DNA of 63,469 bases, counting the filler, from Asterionella formosa (lineage: Eukaryota): the NCBI GenBank assembly GCA_002256025.1. It is 10 parts of 10 records of this genome, joined end to end, with 100 filler letters (N's around TTAATTAATTAA, not from the genome) between each part and the next. Parts side by side here need not be neighbours in the genome. Positions count along the whole stretch, not along the records: positions 1 to 25,204 come from NKIB01002048.1; 9 more parts are not named here. One strand, written 5' to 3'. Each line of letters begins with the position of its first letter. Within the stretch, counting starts at the first letter, position 1. Shown here piece after piece: positions 10,693 through 22,900 of the stretch. The notes below the pieces were generated by a model. That model was not told where the DNA came from. It was given only the letters and a program-made list of their open reading frames with translations, and made no database searches. The translations under genes and the position numbers were made by a program.

Positions 10693-12993
10693 TTACATGT
10701 AAACTTCGTCCTTGTCTACCACCAGTTTAGATAGAGACCTGGTGATAAGCGTCATCATTATGTGACCATTGTTGCGAGGAGCCAAGTCCATATACGTTTG
10801 CAAACCATTCGCTTGGTTTTGGATGGCCCACCACAAAAAGACGTGGAACCCCTGTTGGGCTCTGGCGCTCACTGCAGTCGTGGACGACAACATCAAGGCA
10901 GTGTCCAAAAAAGGCAACCCAGCCTTGCATAAAAAGAGCTTCTCCCGTTGAGCATTTTTGGCAGCGTGGGAAAGGGAGCGGGCAACTGCGAGATGTACAG
11001 CTTCCTCCTCACTAGTACGCATGCATTTTAGTATGGCGGACCTGTAATCCTTCAAGTCAATGGATGTCAAAAGGATAGGCCCAACGGCAAGACACGCGGC
11101 TGTACGAACGACGACATCGTTATGCTTCATCCATTCCTTGACAGTGTTTCGTTGAGACTCATTCAGAATTTGAGGTTGTGAAGTCAAAAGGGCCTGACAT
11201 GCAATTGCTCGACCGTGCAAGCACTCGACTTCAGATTCCCCTTGAGTCGAACAAGAGTGACCCATGGTTGACATTGATAAGTCATCTCTGGTTTCTTCAA
11301 TAGGGAACACAACATCGAGGATAGCTCTTTCTCTGGATGCAACTCCCAACAAAGTCACAGAGGCGCCGAGTACATGAGCAGCCCCAACCCGGACGCTCGC
11401 TTCCTTGTGGGTCAGGAGCGACAGAGCAACGTCCAGGGCTTGTTGCGGTGTGTCTGGCATCGTCAGTGAGGTTTTGGGAACATTATTTAAGAGGGAGGCT
11501 AAGCCTTCAAGTGTGCTTGCCTGAAGAGCAGCACTCCAAGAAGCGTCACTTGCGTTGCTTCGTTTTTCGACAGTAAATCCGCCACCATCTCTGGTATAGT
11601 CAACCATGTGCATAGTCCAAGCATTAGCCCGTTGAACAGGCCAGAGTGTTGCCAAGTGGCAGAGAGTAGCAATGGTCTCCCTTCGTAATGAATCAGAGAC
11701 GGAAGTTAGTGCGCCATCTAACGCTACTTGCAACAGCTGAAAAGACTCGTCGTTCAGACTATGGGCTTCCCATAAAGGTCGCAAACTAGTCTTCCAAGGT
11801 TTACCAGATTCAACTGCCAAAACAAACGGAACTTTGCCAAATTCATCTGCCACAGTTGCGGCTTTCGGGTACGCGGCTAAAAGCACTCCTGTCATATCGT
11901 CATTATTCGTTGTGTGCGCCATTCCGTTCTGCCGTGGTCGACCGAAATCAGCGTTGTATACAACTGACCCTTGTCGACTGCTCTTTGTAACATAATTTCT
12001 TGACCAGGGTTGCCCGACAGTTCGACAAGCAATATGAAGTGGTAAATTCAAATCTCCGTCCTGCTGGGAAATCGCATCAGGATCAATTTTGAGAATAAGT
12101 CTAATAAAAACGGACGGACATCCATCTACGCCAACAGCAGCATGTAAAACAAGAAATTTTCCATCCACATTAATTTCTTTCTCGGATGTATTGTCCTTGA
12201 TGGTTCCTTTGTACGCTGCTCGCAAAAGCAAGGATGTGGCGTGCCAACATTCATACAGATCACCCTTTTTCGATGTGCATTTTTCCCGAGCTACGTCGGC
12301 CAACACATCCTCCCTGAGAGCATCTTGCAGTTCTTCGGCGTAGTCATCCACCATCAACGACAATGGAGTACGCCCACGCTCATCCTGAGCAACAGCACAC
12401 GAAGAATCCATCCCCAGCAATAGTCTCAAAACCTCAAGTCGGTGAGGAGACCTAAAGCCAGCGCAAGCACAGTGCAACGGCGTTCGCCCACGACGATCCA
12501 CGAAATCTCGAAGCGAGCTGACATCGTCCGGCACGACCTTTTGGATTGTGCGAGGTTCTGACCCGCAAAAGCACGCGAAATGGAGGGGAGTAAGACCATC
12601 CATTGTCGTGGCCGACAGAGCGTCGGGGTTGGCTCGGATAAGGGCTTCGACAACTTCGGGAGGCGGTTGGCGTCGACAGCAGACATGAAGCGGCATGTTG
12701 TTGCACTTGTCTTGGTATCGAGCTTCTTTGGGATGCGAAACCACGCGCTTGATGAGAGCTTTCCAATCTCCAACAAGAGCATGTTCGTACAACGGGGGCG
12801 CGTCCGTTCCCATCAACATTGCGGATGCTGCCGACGGAGACGATCCGCCGGCGTAAGTCTGCTGATTGGATGATGACGTTATGCTGGAAGACGAGGTCGA
12901 CGGGGACATTCCTTTTATCTCTGCAAGCTTTACCTTGAGGACCTCTGGGTCTTGGAAAGGGTCCCATGGTAAGGTTGAGTGAAGAGTGCCCAT
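10693..12993 (-). CDS. Ankyrin-repeat protein fused to a GCN1-C-terminus-like HEAT region
   Basis: Ankyrin motifs NNMPLHVCC, GLTPLHFAC, GRTPLHCAC, GRTPLSL, LNLPLHIAC, GKVPFVLA. The last ~350 aa align collinearly with the last ~330 aa of the adjacent GCN1. First ATG 12993; an upstream exon cannot be excluded. Confidence 0.85.
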   Translation of the reverse strand: MGTLHSTLPWDPFQDPEVLKVKLAEIKGMSPSTSSSSITSSSNQQTYAGGSSPSAASAMLMGTDAPPLYEHALVGDWKALIKRVVSHPKEARYQDKCNNMPLHVCCRRQPPPEVVEALIRANPDALSATTMDGLTPLHFACFCGSEPRTIQKVVPDDVSSLRDFVDRRGRTPLHCACAGFRSPHRLEVLRLLLGMDSSCAVAQDERGRTPLSLMVDDYAEELQDALREDVLADVAREKCTSKKGDLYECWHATSLLLRAAYKGTIKDNTSEKEINVDGKFLVLHAAVGVDGCPSVFIRLILKIDPDAISQQDGDLNLPLHIACRTVGQPWSRNYVTKSSRQGSVVYNADFGRPRQNGMAHTTNNDDMTGVLLAAYPKAATVADEFGKVPFVLAVESGKPWKTSLRPLWEAHSLNDESFQLLQVALDGALTSVSDSLRRETIATLCHLATLWPVQRANAWTMHMVDYTRDGGGFTVEKRSNASDASWSAALQASTLEGLASLLNNVPKTSLTMPDTPQQALDVALSLLTHKEASVRVGAAHVLGASVTLLGVASRERAILDVVFPIEETRDDLSMSTMGHSCSTQGESEVECLHGRAIACQALLTSQPQILNESQRNTVKEWMKHNDVVVRTAACLAVGPILLTSIDLKDYRSAILKCMRTSEEEAVHLAVARSLSHAAKNAQREKLFLCKAGLPFLDTALMLSSTTAVSARAQQGFHVFLWWAIQNQANGLQTYMDLAPRNNGHIMMTLITRSLSKLVVDKDEVYM

Positions 12994-15900
12994 GGTGCTC
13001 TTGAATGCGACCAAATGACTTTCTTGCGTTGTTCAGAATAAGGGAGCTAATATGTGTGACCGTGAACGTGACCTCCTTCCATAGGTACCCAACTGGTCAG
13101 TACTTGTCGCCTTTCCTTCAGTTCTCAGTTGAATAGGGTTGAATCCCTTCGATTGGACTTCGACAGAATTGACTCGTCGCTATTGATCCTCCTCCAGAAT
13201 CGACGCGATAGTCTTGTTACTCCCGGACGAAATGACGGTGAAACCACTAGCACCCTGGCTGCGGAAGAAGCAGATGAGCCCTTGGGACGCGCACCAATGT
13301 CAGCAATAACAGATGAAACAATTGAGATCTCGTTCTCTCGCTTCACATCAAGTGCCTGGTACAATAATGACTGCAATGCTATGACGCGTGCAACACAGCA
13401 ACAAATATATCAAAGTTCGAAACGAATGATGGTATAATAATCAGCAACTCGAACACAGGTACCTTTATCTTACCTTCTTGGAGCTTAGAAGCAAAGAAAG
13501 AACCCTGCGATCAATCACTTTAGAATATCGTACTTGTGCGTTGCCAATAACTGTTGAGATGGCCGGTAATACCAGGACATGCATGCCGGTATACACATAC
13601 CGGTATGTGGTAGGATGAGTACTTTACATCAATATCAAATGTACCGGGAAGTCTATGTAGGCAGTGCCAGGTACATAATTGTGGTGCTCGACCCATGAAA
13701 ATTACGCGGCACGGCAATTGCTGGGTGGCTTTTATAACGTTTCGGTCAAGGCGGCCGGCGACTTTTCATGAGTACCGTTAATGCCTTCTTGGATACTGGA
13801 CTGTACATGGCGGGTGTAGGTTGGTATCAGGTACGGACTTCTATTTACGAGAAGGCAATGAGAATTTCATCTTCTCTACTACGGTAGTTAGTATGAAATG
13901 GCGCTATTTGCACTTATTTGTAGATACTAGATATTATGTAAAGTACTTACCTTTTTTACTCTACCTATAATACTATTCCCCTGTTCTTCAGAAAGGTCAT
14001 GATAATATATCTACAGGAATATCAATCAGATTTTGTTTAATCGTTGTATTTCGGACCATTTCCCGATACCGAGATGTCCTAACGGTATGTATAAAAAATA
14101 ATTCAAGAATCATATCTCTACGGTACCAGGGTACACAGCCCGGACGCATCATTTGCAAAATAAATGGAAAAGCCGACATCGGTAAAATACATCCAGAATT
14201 TGAAGAATGAGAACTGGTTGCTGCTAACGGACTAAGTCCCTGGTTCACCCGGTATTGATTGCGAAACAAACCACCTTTCTTCGTACATGTGCAAACTACC
14301 CCGGCTTTCTTATTTCTCTTTCCTAGTCCATAATGACTGTGATGTCAATTATTATTCATACAGTTCGTCTCGCATGTCGTACAGATGTTTAAAAAAATAA
14401 ATGGTAATACAAATGTGCATAGAAAACATTCTAGACTACCGGTATCCCTAATACATATATGTTTAAAAACCTTGCCATTATTGTTGGCAAAATCAGACAA
14501 GGTTCCTCCCACATTTGAACCCAAAGGCAAAAATTAAAATATTGCTGAGGGTTACCGAATTTCCTTGGAACTTGGAATTTGTAGGAGCTAATATCGAATA
14601 TCAATTATTCCACTTGCATTTTTTAAACTTTAAATGTTTTTACACTGGCTGCTATGTATGGATCTCAGTTGACAGCCATCAAGATTGATTTGGATTTGTC
14701 TTAACCTTGCTTGTTTGTCATTTTGTTTACCTGTAAGCGGATTGACAACAGTTCCTGTTAATCTTGAGTAAAGAAGTAATTGGGTTAGTTCAATCATTTA
14801 CACAATTTTATTCATTGTTTGAATTTGTTTGAATATTTCTTCTGAAAGGGAGTAAATTTACAATGTTATGCCCTATGCTGCTTGGGTTCTCATATGCCTC
14901 CTTTCCAAAATTAGATCTACTTTGATTGATCATTTTCACACTGCTAGTAGTATGTATTGATCTCAAAATTGGCGCATGATAGTAGGCGTGAATACAGGAG
15001 ATTTTAGGACTAAAAATTCATTAACAAGACTCTGATTCTGATGAGGACATGTCTGCACATAGCTAGTGATTCTGATTCAAATATATTGGAGACTGTTGGA
15101 AAGGCAAGAAATGTTGTCAAATTTTTGGATGATGATTGCTCCACATTGGCAGCTTTTGATAATGAATTAAATATATCGGCTATCTTCAAATAGCATCCAT
15201 ATAAACTTTTGGCAAGAAACTGCAGAAAAGAAGCTTCAATTTGTTATTATGCAAAAAATCATTTGCATACATAGGTAAGCTTCAAATAGTAGCAGCAGTT
15301 GACTTCTGGCAAGAAAGCGCAGAAAGGAACCTCGGTTTTTTACTCCAATTAAAATCATTTCCCCTGAATCATCTAGTTTTTTCTCATGATAGTAAAACCC
15401 TGAAGTTCTTCTCTGCAGTTTCGTGTGAGATTCTATATCCTGGCTGACGTAAAATAGATTTGACCTATAACCATACTTTGAGCAATGACTCTATCCAAGC
15501 ATATGGAAATAGTGTCAAATGGTGAAAGCTCCATTTAGAGATATTAATATTTATTTTACTTTTGAAAATTTTGTGTTACTATTCCGGATCAATATTTTCT
15601 ACAAATTTAGTTCGACCAAGGGTTCAAATGCAGAAACCTTTTAAGACCAGGATAGTGGAAAAATGAATATTAACCAGATGCACGTGTATAAATTTGGAAT
15701 GACTATAGCATCCACGCAGGTGTGGAACTAGATACAATTTTTTGCAACTTGCCGATCCCTTCTTCATGAAAAGAACTCACAGAAAAGCGGCAAATCAGGA
15801 AAATCAAGATGTCACTAAAATCTCGATTTTTGTGATAGAAATTTGACTTCCTGGTAGGCAAAACATTTGATTTCGACAAACTTGCTTAACTCATTCCACA

Positions 15901-16950
15901 TGCTGCTTCCTTAATCGTTATTTATCAAGGCCATTAGCTGAGGTGGAATCTTGGCCTTGGGTCTTGAGTAGTCATTTTGGGATGTCTCTATGAAGGGGCA
16001 TGGTGGGAGGACCATGCAATTGGAATGCACCACACTGGCTTCCTTCTTGTCCTTGAAGTGGTTTATTCATTGATCTGCGAAGTTTTAGATAGAAACAGTG
16101 GGTCAGTAATTCATTTGTTACAACTACTAGCTACAGCAGCAATGAAACACACATACATGCACCATTCAACTGTTTCACGGAGGAGCCCATTATTTTGCAG
16201 CGATTAATCCAGGCAGCACCACAGGTCACTCAAGATTTAAGAAGAGCGCTGATTTTGTGAAAGGGCGTGTTGAAATGTCAAATGAATGTAGAGAACAATA
16301 ATCAGTGTGATGATCAGTGTCAGTAATGCATTGGCTCAATCATAGTGGTTTCAAAATCAATCATTAAATAATAAATTCAAGAAAATGTTTTACTATACAT
16401 AGGAAAATATGAATAGATAAATTAATATCACCATTCCATGTCATGCTTTATCAATCTACAAGTTCGTACGTGATAAGAGCTGATGCATGATGTGTCATAG
16501 TGTTAACATCTCAAGCCTCAACAATGAGGACTGATTTTTAAAATCATTTTTATCAGGTGAGGTCATCTAAATCAACCTATTTTGTATTTCTGTTGGTCCT
16601 TTGTCAAATTGACTATGTCAAGGATTTTGACAACATGATAAAATAATTTTCCCATCTGAAATTGAGTGTGGCCAAAGCCGTCTCAAAAGTCACGATACAT
16701 TGGTGGAAACTTGGGAAATCAACCAAAAGCATAGGGGATTCGACATGTTAGACAAACCTATACTACAGAACCAGTGTTCATGAGTATATGAATTGCCTAC
16801 CAGATCCTTTCCTCTGCTACATCACAGTCAATGTCACCAATCTTTCTCAGGTTGATCCTTGCTAAATTTGTTGCCAAGGGGCACCCCACATTCTATTCTA
16901 TCCCTGTAGTATAGTTTTAAGGCACCATAAAAACGAAGTTCAATTATTAT

Positions 16951-19900
16951 CTAATCTTCCAGATCAACCATCTTGATTCTGCTTAGCACCTTTGAAAAAA
17001 TAGATTTCATGGACTTGGAATTGTCAAAGTTGGCAACTTCCAAGTAGGCATTCAGCCCAGCCTCACCATTCTTCACATCCAGAGCTAGCCAGAGCACATC
17101 GTTGAATGCGAATTGTACACGTTGACTTCCACTCATGGACAGCTCCAAACATGCATCCATTATGGACTTGCCCAGGAACCATACCTTATTCTCCAGTTGT
17201 GTTGACAGTGTTATAGCTAGACACAGACCCTTGGCTAAGGCCTTGAGAACTTCAATACGCTCTTGCTTGTTCTTCATAATAGAAGTGATGAGGTTTTCAG
17301 CCTTAGCCAGCCGAGCCTTTGGGTCAGCTGCACTTCCAATGCTGGCACCAAGAGCAGTACATGCCGTTTCCTGTACAATGCCTTTGTCATCCTTTGTATA
17401 CTTCATAATGAGTGAGGCCATCTGCTGAGAAATATTATCATCAATGATGGAACCAACTGAAGCAAGGACGTAGTGGCATGCACATGCCTTTCCATGTCGT
17501 ATTTCCCCAGTTTCCCCTTTGGGAGAACTTAGGATATCAGATTGAATGACTAACATTGTTGCATCCTTCCCTAATAGCTTGCAGGCAGCTCCCATCACCT
17601 TGGCAGCACCCTCCCGAACACCCTCATCCTGGTGTTGCAGAAGTTCTTTGCTTGCCTCCAGAGCGGAAGGAATGCTATCCGACAGTTTTGCCTTATCTCC
17701 TCCTTTTGTTAACACGGCAGCCAGAGCATCAAGGGTCGCCATTTGGATTGCCGCGATTCCACCTTCCATACCCTTCCCTAGCGAACCAGAAACCAATTCT
17801 TTCAGAAGTGGGTCTACACGAGTGGACAACGGCATCAGAAGACCCAACGCTTGAATGGCCTCAACACGAACCTGCCGACTGGGGTCTGACAAAGCCTTAA
17901 CAAAAGTCGTTTGGAATTGAGGAACAAATGCTCGCAAAGCTGGTCCGCCTTTGACTAGGACAAGGCCTAAGGTTCTCAAGATAGCAATCTTGACATCAGC
18001 TGGATTTCGGTCGCCAACAATACGAAGCAGCGGACCAGTCATTTTGATAATTAGAGGCCCGGCGAGATATTTGTTTGCTGTTAGTGAAATCAGTTCCCCC
18101 AAACCAGAAGCAGAAATTTCTCGAATATTGGGGTCACCATAGAGAATACCTCGTTGGTATATCGGCAACAAGGGCTCTAATCCTATAAAATAAACAAGAA
18201 AGTTGTGAAAAGGAGAAGCGATACACCCGAGAAACATGTAATTTTGATTGGCAATCAGAAAGACTAATCGTTTATTCCCCCCACAAATGATCGGGACAAC
18301 AAAATTTCATCATGTTGCCGACGAATAAAACAAGAAAAGGCGAAATGACTTACCTTTTGACACATTGAATCCTGGCATGAAAAACTCGCCGTCTCCAACT
18401 CCACCCTTTCGCCTTCTGGCGTCACTAACCATACTGCCAATGAGATTGCGAACAAATTCGATATGTTTTACGAGTTCCTCGGCAGGTACGTGCGTAGACA
18501 GCGCATTTAGCGCAGAATGACTGGACTTTAATACACTGGGGTTTTCATCCATGAAACGATAAAGAAGGTCACGAAGTATTATCGGAATTTGCTCGTAGAA
18601 ATCATTTTTGTCTTTCCCTAGGATGGAGAGGGAAACAGGCATATTAGTAAATTGACGATAACAACGAAGCTAATGTAAAGCGTCCAGTGCTTGTCAGACA
18701 GAAATCTCATTGTAGACCCTCACGGTAGTTGCCTTTTAGGTGGAACAAAATAGAGCAAAATAGAGTTTTTCCTCATCCAAACAGAATGGAAAAATAAATT
18801 TGACAATGAACGCAGTGACTTACTTTCTTCGACCAAAATTTGAAACATCCAGCAACTTTCCTTCCGAATCTCTGCCTTCTCATTGGCACATTTGCTTGCT
18901 ATTTCGGTGACCAACCAGTTCACACCACTTTCGTCAACGTTCTTACAAATTGCCCGAGCAGCTTCTCGAATGGATTCCTCGTGTTCTGGAGTATTGCCTG
19001 TAGCAATCATCCCTAGCTCTGAGATGATCGATGGAATTATTGAAGCAAAATGGCTGTATAACGTTGTACTTGTAACTGCTGCGATTCCAGATAGTGCACG
19101 CGCGTGATTGATTGTAATGGGGCTCTTGATCAAGCGAGGAATGATGTAAGGAAGGAGTTCCCTGCTGCGAATGCTTAATATTCCAGTTAGTCCATGTAGG
19201 GCGCGCACTCTGGACATGTCTTTCTCATCCCCATTTTCTAACGCAACGAGAAGGGATGGAACAATTTCATCAAGTGCTCGATTTCCTACAACATTGTGTA
19301 GGCTCTGGAAACACGAAGCAGCCATCACACGAACACCTTCGTCTTCATCACAAAGAGCATCTTGAACAACCTTGACAATAATCTCGATAAACCGGAGAAT
19401 TTGATCTCGAGTTGAGCAACTAATGACTTCAGAAAGACCAACACAAACACCAGTTCGTGTATGCTTGTCACCGTCGTAGAGCGCGTTTCGTAAAACAGGA
19501 ATGATCTCTGGAAGGACAGAGTCGCCAAGCTTGTGAACAATGTCTCCAAGGCATCGTCCAGCAACTTGCGTTCTCTCCGGGTGGCCACTCGCTAGAGCGT
19601 CGACAATCTGGCCGACCAGGATCGGTAGAATGTCCCGTAGTGTACGAGCCGTAACACTAACAACTGTCTTCCAAACTTGAACAGCGCTACTACGCACCAC
19701 CGCTGCAGTATCGTTACGGGCCAAATACAAGCTGCTGAGCACTCTCTTCCTGGTCTCGCTTCCCAGTGTGATCGCAATTTGAACTTGAGCTCGCTCAGCT
19801 TTTCTGACATCGTCTTGCGTATTCCCGTCTCCAGTGATAACGCTTGTTCCTCCAATCATACTCAACAAATCACCCAGCAATGTAAGTGACGCCACACGAA

Positions 19901-22900
19901 TACGGTAATCCTCGTCGACAAAACCAGCTTCAAGACTTGGAAGGATTTTGTCTGAGTGGACCTTTCCATGACTTCTAATTAAGACCCGACCAGCACGCAT
20001 GGCGACATCACGGACAGGCTCGCTATCATCGGATAATCCACCAATCAAGGCAGGAAGGGAAAGGTCGATAAGGGATGTAAACGCCTGCCCTAGAGCAGAA
20101 GGAAGAAAAGTAAGGACCCAAAGTACTCCCTCCCTTGTACTTGCTCGTGGATGACTTCGGAGAGGGAGAATCTCATCGCGCATTACGACGTCGACAATGG
20201 AGGCCCCTCCAGCAATCAATACTTCAGTAAGACCTTGGGCAGCCCCACTTCGCTCAGCAGAAGTCACCGTGTCTTCGCACAACTGTTCAATTAACCAAGT
20301 ACGTAATTCTGGTAAGTTGTCCTCCCCAAGGCCACGAGTAAGCGATCCAAGGGCTTTTGCAGCTGTACTGCGTACGTCAGGAATGGGGTCCAACAATGCC
20401 AGTTTCAGATCAGGTAAAAGGATGGGAAGATACGGAATTAAATCTTTTGGCTCGTTGACCATTGTGCATATATTGCCGGCAATGAGAGCTCCATACCTCT
20501 TTGACGACGCAATGCGGTCTCTTAGTCCACGATGAAGGATTGGAACGATCAAAGCCAAACTAGGCGCATCGATAGCATGAAGAAACTCAGTTTCTATCAA
20601 AGATTCCAGAGCTTTGATGGTTCCTTCAGCAGGATCTGTCAGTGCCTTTAAGAGGACCTTGGAGATGGAACTAATTTCGGGATTCTTTACAACTTTTGAT
20701 ATTTCGTCTAGGGCGTCTTCTGCGCTAGCTTTGACTTTTGCATGTGTATCACCAAAAGCCTCAATTAACTTGGGAACGACCTTCGGTAAAGCGGAGGCAA
20801 GTTGTTTTGGTGCCAGGTGGCTCATGCTACCGAGCATTTGTATAGAGGCCTGTTTTGTTCGCCATGAAGGATCATTGAATGACGAGAGAACGGCTGGCAT
20901 GACCAGCTTGACACCATGAGCTGAGAGCTTACTCATTATGAGGCCAGCAGTGTTTGAAGAAGCAGAACGAACATGATCGCTTCCGTCGCTAAAGGCCTTC
21001 AACAGCGACGGCAATAAAACAATGACATAGGGTTCGAATAGCAGTCCCAGTCGGTCGCTAAGGAGCTCGATTGCAAACAAGGCGCCTTCTTTGTTTGTTG
21101 ACGAGCCTGTGTCAAAAGCACCTTCTAACTGCTTGACGATTTCAAATTTTTTCAGACTAGCGATGCCACTCCCCTTCACAACCGCAGATATACCATGAGC
21201 GGAACCTCGTCGCTTTTCCCTTGTGTCTCCGTAGAGGCAGGCTTGGAGTAAGCTGGAAAGTAGGGCTTCCACTCGCTCTTGGGTGCGGCCTTTCTTCATC
21301 AGTTTCACCAGACATGCTGCCACACTGGCCTGTACTCCTTCACTGGGAGTACCCAATGCTGAAAGTAGCATATCGACGGCGTTATCGATCTTACATTCGT
21401 TGTCTGGCCCTTTCAAGTGAATTGCAACCGCGCCTAGAGCAACAACTGCGCCTTCCTTTCGCATGTCTGAAGCATCAAAATCTTGAGGAACCTTATCTCT
21501 CGGTAACTGGCCTAAGAGATCGGGATTTGCTTTTCCTGAATTCAGAACACTCTCAAGGCTTGGCAACAGCAAAGCTGTAGCATCATCTGATCCACCATAC
21601 ATTGTAACGATGTCACGGAGGGCGTTCCTTGCCAGTCCACGCACATTGTTGTTTCGATCGGCAAGTCCATACGCTAATAAGAACCCGGTTAACAGTTCCA
21701 AGGTTGAGGCCTCGAGAGATATCTTCACTGATGGTTCTGTGATTGCAGTAATGGCGTTCAACATTCCTATTCTGGTTGCAATCTTATCATCAGAGTCTAT
21801 TTCTGCTTCTATCTTCTCCGTGACCACTTTAAATTGATTTGCCAACAGCTCGTGATCAAACGTCCTGTCTTCCTTTGGTTTTAGAAAGGGAGACTCAACT
21901 GGCAACTTCTTCTTTGTTGCCTTTGGATTTCCAATTCCTGCCATGGCTAATGCAGATTTCGGTGGGGCCTTCTTCTTGGGCAATCCTGTTGAAATGGATT
22001 TCTTCGGAGGGGCCACTAGAACGAGAGGCTTTTTGGAGGGCAAAGCTGAAGGCATGCCGAGTGGCGCTGTTTTCCCTTTTGCATTGTCGAATACGGTAGG
22101 GTAGCATTTGATGTATGTTGCGCATAGTTTCTGAATATTTCTCTCAACAGAATTAGGGTGCATTCCCATCGCAGTTGCATTTGCTATTGAAGATGCATGA
22201 GCTATGGATTGGTCAACGTGCGTCATTAGCGGCAAGAGTGGAATTGCATACATAACTGACGGAGGTTGTAGTACATCGCCATCTGACGATGAGAAGGTAC
22301 TCCAGGCAGCTCGAGCCGCGTCTCGAATAGCATCATTATTTTCGAAGCAGTTCATCCATATTCTATTTTCTATCAATGGGTTATTTTTCACCAACTTTCG
22401 GCTATGCTCTGCGATTGCCCGCAATGCGATCATAGCTCCAATGCGACAATTCTTGCCACCGAGGGCGCCTCTGTCATCCAAAAGTGGAGCGATTTCAGCG
22501 GCAGTCAAGGTTGGACCTTCTGCAGCATCATCGGTCGTATAACAAGCCACAAGAGTAGAATATGGATTCGGATCAACAAAGGTCTGTGATCTATCGTGCG
22601 ACAAAAGCTCGAGAACAGTTGCAGCCATATCCTTTCGTAGTGACGCCACAGGTGAGTCCATGTCCTCTCCGGCAAGCATTGACGTATGTCGTGCTAATAT
22701 GCTCAACGCTGATTCACAGCCCGGGGTTGTCCGGGGCCCAGTCAATGCTGCTCGCAAAATCGGGAAAACGAAAGCAAAGGAAGCTCCGGACAAGTGGTCG
22801 TTAAATTCCTCGATTGCCGATATAACTCGGGATGCTGACTGGCATGGAGAGGGAAGGGCACGAATTCGGAGACCATCATGAAAGTTACAATTTGATTGAT

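Noticed and set aside
13700..16950. Possible decayed gene or TE between the ankyrin chimera and GCN1
   Set aside because: AT-rich, with only short ORFs and no motif I can identify.
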